Of a stretch of DNA of 24,000 nucleotides, positions 9,092-17,410 are shown one piece after another. The stretch covers positions 14,101-38,100 of the forward strand of contig JAISWQ010000157.1 in the NCBI GenBank assembly GCA_031271025.1, in the 5' to 3' direction. Numbering within the stretch: position 1 is the stretch's first letter; every line of letters begins with the position of its first letter. Origin of the DNA: Zoogloeaceae bacterium. GTDB taxonomy: Bacteria; Pseudomonadota; Gammaproteobacteria; Burkholderiales; Rhodocyclaceae. Under the pieces are notes generated by a model. That model saw nothing but the letters and a program-made list of their open reading frames with translations. It did not search any database and had not been told where the DNA came from. The translations under genes and the position numbers were made by a program.

Positions 9092-11146
9092 TTATTGAAC
9101 CCGCATCCCCGGCGTCGCGCCGGAATCGGGGGCAAGCAGATAGATTCCGCCGGGTTCGCCTTCCGGGGCGGAGGCGGCCAGCACCATGCCTTCGGAGAGA
9201 CCGAATTTCATTTTGCGCGGGGCGAGGTTGGCAACCACAACCGTGAGCCGTCCCTTCAATGTCGCGGGATCGTAGGCGGATTTGATGCCCGCGAACACCT
9301 GGCGCGGTTTTTCCTCGCCAATGTCGAGCACAAGACGCACGAGTTTTTCTGATCCTTCCACCTGAGCGGCTTCCACGATGCGGGCGATGCGCAAATCCAC
9401 CTTGAGAAAATCGTCGATGCCGATTGGCGCCGCGGCTTCCGCGGGCGCGGCCTTGCGCTGCGGCGTGGCGGTTTTTTCGAGGTTTTCCCGGTTCGCGGCG
9501 ATGAGCGCGGCAATCTGTTTGGGGTCGATGCGCTGCATCAGGTGTTCGTAGGCGCGGATGGCGTGGCCTTCCGGCAGCAGGGTTTCCACATCCGTCCAGA
9601 CGAGCGGGGCGACGTTGAGGAAGTGTTCCGCCCTGGCCGCGAGCGCGGGCAGCACGGGTTTCAGCAACACCGTGAGCAGGCGGAAGAGGTTGATGCCGTT
9701 GGCGCAGACGCGGCTCAGGGCGGCGTCCTCACCTTCCTCTTTGGCGAGTTCCCAGGGTTTGGCGGTGGCAATGTACTGGTTGGCCTCGTCGGCCAGCGCC
9801 ATGATGTCGCGCATGGCCCTGGAAAACGCGCGGGCTTCGTAATGTTCGGCGATGCGCGGCGCGGCCTCCCGGATGGCGGTGAAGACCGGCAGCGCCGTAT
9901 CCGGGCTTCCCAGTCTGCCGTCGAAGCGTCTGGCGACAAAACCGGCGGCGCGGCTGGCGATATTTACGTATTTGCCAACCAGATCGGCATTGACCCGCGC
10001 AGAAAAATCATCGAGATTGAGGTCGATGTCTTCCATCGTGCCGGAGAGCTTTCCGGCGAAATAGTAGCGCAGCCATTCGGGATTCAGTCCCGCGTTCAGA
10101 TAGCTTTCCGCCGTGATGAAGGTGCCGCGCGACTTGGACATTTTCGCGCCATCCACGGTAAGGAAGCCATGCGCGAAAATTTTGGTTGGCGTGCGAAAAC
10201 CGGCGTGCGCGAGTTCGGCAGGCCAGAAAAGGGCGTGGAAATAGAGGATGTCCTTGCCGATGAAGTGGTACAGCTCCGCTTCCGAATCCGGCTTCCAGAA
10301 GGCGTCGAAGTCGATGCCCTGCCGGTCGCAGAGATTTTTGAACGATCCCATGTAGCCGATGGGCGCATCCAGCCAGACGTAGAAGAATTTCCCCGGCGCG
10401 TCGGGAATCTCGAAGCCGAAATAGGGCGCGTCGCGGGAAATGTCCCAGTCGGAAAGCCGGTGTTCGCCTTCCGTGCCGAGCCATTCCTGCATCTTGTTGG
10501 CGGCCTCCGGCTGCAAAACGCCCGCCGCGCGGGTAAAGCGGCGGAGGAAGGCTTCGCAACGCGGGTCGGAAAGTTTGAAAAAAAAGTGTTCCGAGGCGCG
10601 CAATTCCGGCTTTGCGCCAGAAACGGCGGAATAGGGATTCTTCAGTTCGGTGGGCGCGTAGGCCGCGCCGCAGACCTCGCAATTGTCGCCGTATTGATCC
10701 GCCGCGCCGCACCTGGGACACGCGCCCTTGATGAAGCGATCCGGCAGGAACATCGTTTTGACCGGGTCGTAGAACTGCTCGATGGCGCGGGTTTCCATCA
10801 GTCCTGCTGCCGTGAGCCGGGCATGGAAAAGATTGCAGAGCGCCTGTGTTTCCGGGGAGTGGGTGCGGTAATAGTTGTCGAAGCCAACGAGAAACCCGGA
10901 AAAATCGCGAAGATGTTCGCCGTGCACCCGCTCGATCAAGGCTTCCGGCGTAATGCCTTCTTTTTCCGCGCGCAGCATCACTGGCGTGCCGTGCGTATCG
11001 TCGGCGCAGACATACCAGCATTCATGCCCGCGCATCTTCTGGAAACGCACCCAGATGTCGGTCTGGATGTATTCGACCAGATGACCCAGATGAATCGCGC
11101 CGTTGGCGTAGGGCAGGGCGGAAGTGACGAGGATTTTGCGGGACAT
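9092..11146 (-). CDS. metG: Methionine--tRNA ligase (with C-terminal tRNA-binding/EMAP-like domain)
   Basis: 684-aa ORF with the HIGH-type motif ([10 protein letters not shown]), KMSKS (GAKMSKSRG), and a zinc knuckle ([18 protein letters not shown]). The C-terminus has [21 protein letters not shown]. Confidence 0.97.
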   Translation of the reverse strand: MSRKILVTSALPYANGAIHLGHLVEYIQTDIWVRFQKMRGHECWYVCADDTHGTPVMLRAEKEGITPEALIERVHGEHLRDFSGFLVGFDNYYRTHSPETQALCNLFHARLTAAGLMETRAIEQFYDPVKTMFLPDRFIKGACPRCGAADQYGDNCEVCGAAYAPTELKNPYSAVSGAKPELRASEHFFFKLSDPRCEAFLRRFTRAAGVLQPEAANKMQEWLGTEGEHRLSDWDISRDAPYFGFEIPDAPGKFFYVWLDAPIGYMGSFKNLCDRQGIDFDAFWKPDSEAELYHFIGKDILYFHALFWPAELAHAGFRTPTKIFAHGFLTVDGAKMSKSRGTFITAESYLNAGLNPEWLRYYFAGKLSGTMEDIDLNLDDFSARVNADLVGKYVNIASRAAGFVARRFDGRLGSPDTALPVFTAIREAAPRIAEHYEARAFSRAMRDIMALADEANQYIATAKPWELAKEEGEDAALSRVCANGINLFRLLTVLLKPVLPALAARAEHFLNVAPLVWTDVETLLPEGHAIRAYEHLMQRIDPKQIAALIAANRENLEKTATPQRKAAPAEAAAPIGIDDFLKVDLRIARIVEAAQVEGSEKLVRLVLDIGEEKPRQVFAGIKSAYDPATLKGRLTVVVANLAPRKMKFGLSEGMVLAASAPEGEPGGIYLLAPDSGATPGMRVQ

Positions 11147-11230
11147 GGCGTTTGTTTGGGCGGGGAGAAGGAGAGCAAAAAGCGGAAGCGCCGGAAGCGT
11201 TGCCGCATCCGGCTCTGAAACCGCAAGGGC

Positions 11231-12967
11231 TTATTTTTCTTCTTTCAGCGCGTCCGCGTTGAGGGCGACCGGATAACGCTGGCGCAGGGCATCCACGTAG
11301 GCGGCCAGTTGCAGACGACCGGCGAAGGCGGTAAGTTGTCCGGCGAGCGCCTTCTTTTCTTCTTCCGGCGCTGCGCCAGGCGTGACCTTGACGATCTTGT
11401 AAAGGGCGTAACCGGCTTCCGGCAGGGGGACGCCGACATAGGCCGGCAGCTTTTGCGCCTTGGCCTTGAAAATCGCGCCGATCGCCGGATGCGGCATACT
11501 GCGGGAAACCGTTTCCGCCTTGCTCCAGGCGATGCTGCCCTTGCCCGTCTGGGCGTTGGTCAGCAGGGTTTCGCCGCGCTGGATGGCCAGGGCCATGGCT
11601 TTTTCTTCGGTCAATTGCGTTTCGATTGCGGCCTTCACTTCCGCGAAGGGGCGCAGACTGGCGGCTTTGTGTTCCAGAATGCGCGCGGTCACCATCACGC
11701 CAGGGGCGATTTCCACTGCCTTGCTGTTGTGGTTTTCCTTCACCACGTCGTCATCGAACACGGCGGCGAGGAAGGCGGGGTTATCCAGCATTCCGTTCCC
11801 CATCGCGCTGGTTTTGGTGATCCAGCCGGATTGCTGCGGCGTGAGCTTGAAGGCTTCGGCGGTGGTTTTCAGGCTATCCGAATTGTTGTAGGCGGAATCG
11901 GAAAACTCTTCTTCCACCTGGGCAAAATCCTTGTCGCCGTAGCGCCCGGATTTGATGCCGGTGAGGTGAATGATGTGGTAGCCGAAATCCGTTTCGACGA
12001 TGCTGGAAATCTCGCCTTCCTTCATGGCGAAAACGGCATCGTTGAAGGGTTTGACCATCGCGCCGGAGGGGAAGAAACCCAGATCGCCGCCATTGGCGGT
12101 AGAGCCGGGATCCTGTGAATTCTTTTTGGCGATTTCCGCGAACTGAGCCGGATTCTTCTTGACTTCCTCCAGAAGTTTTTCGGCTTCCGCCTTGACCTTG
12201 GCCTTGTCTTCCCCGTTGTTGGTGAGGAGCAGGATATGGCTGGCACGCCGTTGTTCGGGATCGTTTTCCAGCACCAGATATTCAACCCGCGCCTGTTCCG
12301 GCACGCTGAACCGGGCCTGATGGCTGTCGTAATAGGCTTTCAGGTCGGCGGGCGCGAGCTTGATTTCCGCTTTCAGGTTTTGCCAGGGCAGGTTGAAGCT
12401 TTGTACTTCCCGCTGCTCGGAGAGCAGGGTGGCGACACGTTCTGTCACCGTCTTGGGCGTGAAAGCGGAAGCGGAAAGGGAACCGGCGAGAAACTGAAAC
12501 TGGATGTCCTTCAGCGCGCGGGATTCAAACGTTTCTGGCGTCATGCCGTTTTGCGCAAGCTTCTCGCGGTAGCGTTGGTCGGAAAAGACGCCATTTTCCT
12601 GAAAATCGGGAATCTGCACGATCATTTCGCGGAGAAGACCGATGTCCACCTTCAGGCGCTGGCGGGCGATTTCCTGAGTAAGGAGTTGCTGCCGGATGAG
12701 GCCGTTGAGCGTGTTTTCGCGCATGGCGGGGCTGTTCAACAGAGCAGCGTCCGCGCCGGGCGGAAGTTGCGCGCGCAACGTTTCCTGCTGTGTACGCAGG
12801 CTTTCCTGAAATTCAGCCTGGGTGATGTCGACCTTGCCGACACGGGCGACCTTCACGATGCCATCCCCCCGCTGGTAGGCTTCCAACCCCCAGATGGCAA
12901 AGGGGACTGTGATCAGAAGCAGAAAGAACTGGACTATGCGTTTGTGATTGCGAACAGCGTCGAACAT
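11231..12967 (-). CDS. ppiD: Periplasmic chaperone / peptidyl-prolyl isomerase PpiD-like (SurA N-terminal domain plus parvulin domain)
   Basis: 578-aa ORF. It has an N-terminal membrane anchor (MFDAVRNHKRIVQFFLLLITVPFAIWGL). The parvulin domain reads RASHILLL...GGDLGFFPSGAMVKPFNDAVFAMKEGEISSIVETDFGYHIIHL. Confidence 0.85.
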   Translation of the reverse strand: MFDAVRNHKRIVQFFLLLITVPFAIWGLEAYQRGDGIVKVARVGKVDITQAEFQESLRTQQETLRAQLPPGADAALLNSPAMRENTLNGLIRQQLLTQEIARQRLKVDIGLLREMIVQIPDFQENGVFSDQRYREKLAQNGMTPETFESRALKDIQFQFLAGSLSASAFTPKTVTERVATLLSEQREVQSFNLPWQNLKAEIKLAPADLKAYYDSHQARFSVPEQARVEYLVLENDPEQRRASHILLLTNNGEDKAKVKAEAEKLLEEVKKNPAQFAEIAKKNSQDPGSTANGGDLGFFPSGAMVKPFNDAVFAMKEGEISSIVETDFGYHIIHLTGIKSGRYGDKDFAQVEEEFSDSAYNNSDSLKTTAEAFKLTPQQSGWITKTSAMGNGMLDNPAFLAAVFDDDVVKENHNSKAVEIAPGVMVTARILEHKAASLRPFAEVKAAIETQLTEEKAMALAIQRGETLLTNAQTGKGSIAWSKAETVSRSMPHPAIGAIFKAKAQKLPAYVGVPLPEAGYALYKIVKVTPGAAPEEEKKALAGQLTAFAGRLQLAAYVDALRQRYPVALNADALKEEK

Positions 12968-13148
12968 GGCGGTCTGGACAAAAACGTGAAATGGGAAGCG
13001 CGGAATGGTATCAGGAATCGCAGGAGAGGTGTCAGGGCGCTGATGTGTGGAAAATCGTTGTACCGCCTGGGGACATCGTCCCCGGTTGTTATTCTCCTGC
13101 CCTATTTTTTTGGAGGATGGGGAAATAGTCTGGAAAGCGAGGCGTGCG

Positions 13149-13319
13149 ATGTCACTGAAGCAGGAGTTTGTGTTGTTTGCGGGTCAGGAAGGGGCGAACG
13201 CCTTGTGCCGGCAGTTTGGCATTGACCGCAAGACGGGGCGCAAGGGGTTGTGGCGCTATCAGGCGGAAGGTGAGGCCGGGCTTTTGGAACGGTCGTGGCG
13301 TCCGCAGTCCGCCGCCAGC
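13149..13319 (+). pseudogene. IS481-family transposase relic: N-terminal HTH / leucine-zipper region only (~57 codons)
   Basis: MSLKQEFVLFAGQEGANALCRQFGIDRKTGRKGLWRYQAEGEAGLLERSWRPQSAAS resembles the N-terminus of IS481-type transposases (MSL.EFV......GAN...LCR.FGISRKTGYKW..RY...G..GL.DRSRRP.S). There is no DDE catalytic region. The reading frame then runs into repeat copy B and stops at 13382. Confidence 0.65.
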
Positions 13320-13323
13320 ACGA

Positions 13324-13460
13324 TTCATCGTAAAACCAACTCCGGTTTGAAACTCCGCCCGCAAGAAAGGTGCTACGGTTGAAACCTGGAAGGAGATGCA
13401 AACCTCTTCCAGGTTTGTTTTGAGCGACTTCGCATGAATGCCTGTCGCTGATTTCTTGCT
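13324..13460. repeat. Structured intergenic repeat, copy B, between the IS481 relic and tRNA-Ser
   Basis: Block 1 (13324..13360) matches copy A at 35/37 positions. The central hairpin at 13382..13395/13403..13416 has a 7-nt loop ATGCAAA. It has the same geometry as copy A but a different stem sequence. The third hairpin (13423..13449) is capped by tgaa, followed by CTGATTTCTTGCT. Confidence 0.6.
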
Positions 13461-13501
13461 CTGCTCTTTGTTGGGGATATTGGGATACCTTTGGGATGTT
13501 C

Positions 13502-13595
13502 TGGCGGAGACGGAGGGATTCGAACCCTCGATACGAGTTTTAGCCCGTATGCTCCCTTAGCAGGGGAGTGCCTTCGACCTCTCGGCCACGTCTCC
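13502..13595 (-). tRNA. tRNA-Ser (anticodon GCU), CCA encoded
   Basis: The reverse complement is GGAGACGTGGCCGAGAGGTCGAAGGCACTCCCCTGCTAAGGGAGCATACGGGCTAAAACTCGTATCGAGGGTTCGAATCCCTCCGTCTCCGCCA. It has a 7-bp acceptor stem and anticodon stem CTCCC/GGGAG with loop CTGCTAA. The long variable arm and the GGTTCGAATCC T-loop are present. It is very close to E. coli tRNA-Ser(GCU). Confidence 0.93.
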
Positions 13596-13609
13596 GTAAA
13601 ACGGCGCGC

Positions 13610-13638
13610 ATCATAGCGGTTCCACGCCGTTCGGTCAA
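13610..13638 (-). promoter_or_regulatory. Probable sigma70 promoter of tRNA-Ser
   Basis: On the minus strand: TTGACC (13638..13633), a 17-nt spacer, then TATGAT (13615..13610). A GC-rich discriminator GCGCGCC follows. The -10 ends 14 nt upstream of the mature tRNA 5' end. Confidence 0.55.
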
Positions 13639-13837
13639 ATTTCCCGTACAAAGAAAGGGAGGCAATCCAAGCGGCGGTTCAACCTTCCGAAACGCCAAAA
13701 CGCCGGAAAGGCAAACAAACACAAAACGGGGAAATGAAACGGAAAATGCCTTCTAGACGCGAAGCGCGCGGGGAAGGCGAGTATAGACCGGGGACATTGT
13801 TCCCACAGGTTCAGCACGGATAACAGGGCGGTACATC

Positions 13838-13859
13838 CCCCGCTTCGGCGGGGTTTTTT
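13838..13859 (+). terminator. Rho-independent terminator with no annotated upstream gene on its strand
   Basis: CCCCGC-ttcg-GCGGGG (13838..13853), capped by a UUCG tetraloop, is followed by TTTTTT (13854..13859). The opposite strand has no T-tract after the hairpin, so the terminator is unidirectional (+). Confidence 0.6.
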
Positions 13860-13985
13860 CAGGGAGCCGGGGAATGAAAGGCAGACAAAAGCCGCGTCAT
13901 TGCATGGAACAAAGCGCCGCACCAGTTTACCCGCCTCGCAATGACGAAATTCCCGCCACTTTGGATTGCACCCGATTCGAGGCAT

Positions 13986-14004
13986 GATATTGATTTTCAT
14001 TTGG
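13986..14004. promoter_or_regulatory. Candidate Fur box upstream of the iron ABC transporter operon
   Basis: GATATTGATTTTCATTTGG matches the consensus GATAATGATAATCATTATC at 13/19 positions, and 14/17 for TGATATTGATTTTCATT. It is an AT-rich island about 45 nt upstream of the fbpA start. It overlaps plausible -10 hexamers. Confidence 0.35.
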
Positions 14005-14050
14005 TAGTGCGCTACCCTGTTGCCGCTCCACTGACTTTCGGGAAACCATC

Positions 14051-15106
14051 ATGAACCATCGCGCAACACATGCCAGCGCTTCTTTTGCACGCAAATTCCT
14101 CGTGGCCTTGAGCGGGCTGTGGGTTTTTCTGGGCTTTTCCGCTGCTTTCGCGGAAGAGGTCGTCAATCTCTATTCGGCGCGGCATTATGAGTCGGACAAG
14201 ACGCTCTACGCGCTCTTCGAAAAGGAAACCGGCATCAAGGTAAACGTGGTGAGCGCCAACGCGCCTGAACTCATCGAGCGCATCAAGCGCGAGGGCGAGG
14301 TGACGAGCGCGGATCTTTTCCTCACCGTCGATGGCGGCGTGCTGAATACCGCCAGGAACGCGGGCATCCTGCAAGCCATTTCCTCGCCGCTTGTCCTGCA
14401 AAACGTGCCTGCCGCCCTACGTGACCGTGAAAACCACTGGATCGGCCTTACCACCCGCGCCCGCGTCATCGTTTATTCCAAGGCACGGGTTCGGCCTGAG
14501 CAGCTTTCCACCTATGAAGACCTGGCTTCCCCAAAATGGAAAGGCAGGATTGTGGCGCGCCCTTCCTCTTCCCTTTACGACCAATCTCTGCTCGCTTCGC
14601 TGATTGCCCTGAATGGCGAGGAGAAGGCGCGGGCCTGGGTCAAGGGCATCGTAGCGAATTTCGCACGCCCGCCCAAAGGGAACGACCGCGCGCAGGCAAA
14701 AGACATCGCCGCCGGAGTGGGTGACGTGGCGCTGATGAACACCTATTACATCGGGCAGATGTTGAATGCCAAAGATCCGGAGGAAGTCCGCGCGGCACAG
14801 GAAGTTGGCCTCTTCTTTCCCAACCAGGCCACTACTGGTACGCATCACAACATCAGCGGCGTGGCGCTGACGAAACACGCGAAGAACCGGGCGAACGCCA
14901 TTCGCTTCATCGAGTTTCTGACCAGCGTTCCGGCGCAGGAGCGGTTCTCCACCGACAACTATGAATTCCCAACGAACCCGAAGGCCAAAAAGCACCCGCT
15001 TCTGGAAAGCTGGGGCGCGTTCAAGGCGCAGGATGTCGATTTTTCCAGTTTGAGCGTGCATAACGCCAGCGCCATCCGCCTCTTCGCCGAAGGGGGATGG
15101 AAATAA
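14051..15106 (+). CDS. fbpA: Fe(3+) ABC transporter periplasmic substrate-binding protein (FbpA/AfuA family)
   Basis: 351-aa ORF. The signal peptide ends ...GFSAAFA/EE. The mature N-terminus VVNLYSARHYESDKTLYALFEKETGIKVN is typical of the FbpA/AfuA/FutA family. Confidence 0.9.
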   Translation: MNHRATHASASFARKFLVALSGLWVFLGFSAAFAEEVVNLYSARHYESDKTLYALFEKETGIKVNVVSANAPELIERIKREGEVTSADLFLTVDGGVLNTARNAGILQAISSPLVLQNVPAALRDRENHWIGLTTRARVIVYSKARVRPEQLSTYEDLASPKWKGRIVARPSSSLYDQSLLASLIALNGEEKARAWVKGIVANFARPPKGNDRAQAKDIAAGVGDVALMNTYYIGQMLNAKDPEEVRAAQEVGLFFPNQATTGTHHNISGVALTKHAKNRANAIRFIEFLTSVPAQERFSTDNYEFPTNPKAKKHPLLESWGAFKAQDVDFSSLSVHNASAIRLFAEGGWK

Positions 15107-16746
15107 GAGCGGCTTTGCTCCGCCGGGGATTTGGCAACGGCTGGACGGCGATCCGCGCATTTTCCTTCCTGTGCGTACTCCTGCCGTTTCTGGCGCTTGC
15201 GAGTGGACTTTTTTCCCCGCCCGGCGAGCACTGGCCCTATGTGCGCGATCACCTGCTGTGGGCCTATTGCACGGAAACGCTTGTCGTTACGCTGGGCGCG
15301 AGTGCGTTTGCCGGGGCGCTCGGTGTGAGTCTTGCCTGGAGCGTGAGTCTGTACGATTTTCGTGGTCGCCGTTTCTTCGATCTGGCGCTCGTGCTGCCAC
15401 TGGCCATTCCCCCCTACATCGCCGCCTACGCCTATGAAGGGTTGCTGGGCTACACCGGCGTCATCCAGGTTTTTTTCCGCGATCACTTCGACATTTCCCT
15501 CGCGCGCCTTACTACGGAAATCCCGGCGCAGGCTTGGGCTATCTGGATTTTCGGCGTGACGCTCTTTCCCTACGTCTATCTCCTCTCCCGCGCCTTCCTG
15601 CGCCACCAGAGTGCGGCGATTTTCGAGAACGCCCTCCTCTTGGGCGGTCGCGCGCGTCTTTTCTGGCGCGTGGGGCTGCCGCTTCTCTGGCCCTCGGCAA
15701 CGGCGGGCGTCATTCTCGTCTGTCTCGAAGTATTGAACGATTTCGGCGTTTCCAGCCACTATGGGCTGACCACCTTCACCACGGCCATCTTCGCCGCCTG
15801 GTTCGGCATGGGGGACGCGGACACGGCCATCCGGCTGGCGCTGATTCTGCTCGCTCTCGTTTTCTTCGTGCTGCTCGTCCGCAAGGCGTTGCACAACGCC
15901 CGGCGTTACCACGTCGTTTCCAGTCAGGAAAAATGGCTTTCCCTCCACCGTCTCCGGGGATTCCCCCAGGCGGGCGTCCTGCTCTTCTGCGGCCTCGTTT
16001 TTCTGGCCGGATTCCTCGCGCCCCTGTTGCAAATGCTCCACTGGCTGCGCTTGAGCTGGCGGGGCGCGTTCACCGCCGATTTGGGATATGCCCTTCTCTA
16101 TACCCTGGGCGTGTCGGGCGCGGCGGCCCTTTGCGTGATGATTGCGGCCACCGGCACAGTCAATGCCAACCGACTGTTCAAAAACCGGCTTTCCGCGCCG
16201 CTCTCCCAAGGCGCGACGCTGGGGTACGCGATTCCCTCGGCGGTGCTCGCCATCGGGGCCATCAGTTTTTTCACCGGCGCGGATCGTTGGCTCGCCTCAT
16301 GCTTCCCCTTCCTGCCGGAACGTTTTTTGAGCATGAGCAGCTTTCTCCTGGTCTTTGCCTATGGCATCCGTTTTTTCAGCATCGGCTACCAGTCGGTGGA
16401 AGCGGGCTTTGCCAAGATCGGCAACGTGTATACCGAAGCCTCGCGCACCTTGGGCCGGGGTGTCAGCGCCACCTTTTTCCGGGTGGATCTTCCCATGATC
16501 CGCCACGCCCTTCTGGGCGGTTCCGCGCTCGTCTTCATCGACATCCTGAAAGAACTGCCGTTGGGCCTCCTGCTGCGTCCCTTCAACACGGAAACCCTGG
16601 GGACGCTGGTTTATCACTTCGCCAACAACGAGGCACTGGAGGAAACCGCGCTGCCTTCCCTGTGCATCGTGTTTTTCGGAGCAGCCTTTCTTCTGCTGAC
16701 AAAGCTTGGAGAAAAAGGAGAAGAAAAGCGTGTTTCTGGAAATTGA
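15097..16746 (+). CDS. fbpB: Iron(III) ABC transporter permease, duplicated (two-module) FbpB/AfuB type
   Basis: 549-aa hydrophobic ORF containing two BPD-transporter-like modules. It overlaps the fbpA end by 10 nt and the ATPase gene start. Confidence 0.88.
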   Translation: MEIRAALLRRGFGNGWTAIRAFSFLCVLLPFLALASGLFSPPGEHWPYVRDHLLWAYCTETLVVTLGASAFAGALGVSLAWSVSLYDFRGRRFFDLALVLPLAIPPYIAAYAYEGLLGYTGVIQVFFRDHFDISLARLTTEIPAQAWAIWIFGVTLFPYVYLLSRAFLRHQSAAIFENALLLGGRARLFWRVGLPLLWPSATAGVILVCLEVLNDFGVSSHYGLTTFTTAIFAAWFGMGDADTAIRLALILLALVFFVLLVRKALHNARRYHVVSSQEKWLSLHRLRGFPQAGVLLFCGLVFLAGFLAPLLQMLHWLRLSWRGAFTADLGYALLYTLGVSGAAALCVMIAATGTVNANRLFKNRLSAPLSQGATLGYAIPSAVLAIGAISFFTGADRWLASCFPFLPERFLSMSSFLLVFAYGIRFFSIGYQSVEAGFAKIGNVYTEASRTLGRGVSATFFRVDLPMIRHALLGGSALVFIDILKELPLGLLLRPFNTETLGTLVYHFANNEALEETALPSLCIVFFGAAFLLLTKLGEKGEEKRVSGN

Positions 16747-17374
16747 CAATCTGTATTTCTCCTATCCGGGCAAGCATCGTCCCTGGATACTCGAGGGCTA
16801 CCGTTTCGGCATGGAAGCCGGGGAAAAGGTAGGCATCTCCGGCCCCAGTGGTCAGGGAAAAAGCACCTTGTTGCGCCTGATCGCAGGTCTGGAACGTCCG
16901 CAAAAAGGCCAGATCGTCATCGATGGGGAAATCGTGACCAGCGCGGAGCATGACGTCACGCCGGAAGCGCGGCAGGTGGGCATGGTATTTCAGGATTACG
17001 GCCTTTTTCCACACATGACGGTCGCGCAGAACATTGCCTATGGACTCTGGCGGCTCGATAAAAAAGCGCGGCGCGAACGGCTGGAAACCATGCTGGAACT
17101 CACCCGCATGCAGGCATTTTCCACGCGCTATCCCTATGAAATCAGCGGCGGACAACAACAGCGGGTCGCCCTTGCCCGCGCCCTTGCGCCCAACCCCAAA
17201 CTCCTGCTACTGGACGAACCCCTGAGCAATCTGGACGCCAGTCTGAAAGTGGAAATCCGCAGGGAAATGCGCGAACTCATGGAACAAAGCCAGGTCACCT
17301 GCCTTTTCGTTTCTCACGATCTGGATGACCTCCACGCGGTGTGCGAGCGCGTCGTGCGGGTGGGGGCCGCATGA
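16730..17374 (+). CDS. fbpC: ABC transporter ATP-binding protein (iron importer ATPase, short form)
   Basis: Walker A GPSGQGKST, signature ISGGQQQRVALARAL, and Walker B LLLLDEP. The preferred start is GTG at 16730 (VFLEIDNLYFSY), with AAGGAG 9 nt upstream. The track start at 16706 is a TTG in the same frame. Confidence 0.85.
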   Translation: MFLEIDNLYFSYPGKHRPWILEGYRFGMEAGEKVGISGPSGQGKSTLLRLIAGLERPQKGQIVIDGEIVTSAEHDVTPEARQVGMVFQDYGLFPHMTVAQNIAYGLWRLDKKARRERLETMLELTRMQAFSTRYPYEISGGQQQRVALARALAPNPKLLLLDEPLSNLDASLKVEIRREMRELMEQSQVTCLFVSHDLDDLHAVCERVVRVGAA

Positions 17375-17410
17375 TCGGACGGCCCAGCACCTGAAGCGTC
17401 CAGCCCAACC

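Noticed and set aside
13067-13090. GGGGACATCGTCCCC hairpin, and its similarity to CCGGGGACATTGTTCCC at 13789..13805
   Set aside because: The match is short (about 8-10 nt) in a GC-rich background. It is insufficient to call a repeat or IS terminal inverted repeats.
12968-13501. Direct repeat of the tRNA-Ser 3' end (an att site), or an integrase, that would mark a genomic island
   Set aside because: No second copy of the tRNA 3' segment and no integrase-like ORF is visible. Only the IS481 stump and repeat copy B occupy the interval.
13734-13823. 29-codon plus-strand ORF (MKRKMPSRREARGEGEYRPGTLFPQVQHG) ending ~15 nt before the orphan terminator
   Set aside because: The only purine-rich stretch is 1-3 nt from the ATG, too close for an SD. 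There is no supporting conservation evidence. I treat the region as a candidate non-coding RNA instead.
13635-14000. 121-aa minus-strand ORF. Also 13373..13651- (92 aa, overlapping the tRNA) and other short ORFs in the 13.1-14.0 kb gap.
   Set aside because: The composition is not protein-like (Cys/Arg/Phe-rich). The ORFs overlap the tRNA, its promoter and the terminator. They have no RBS.
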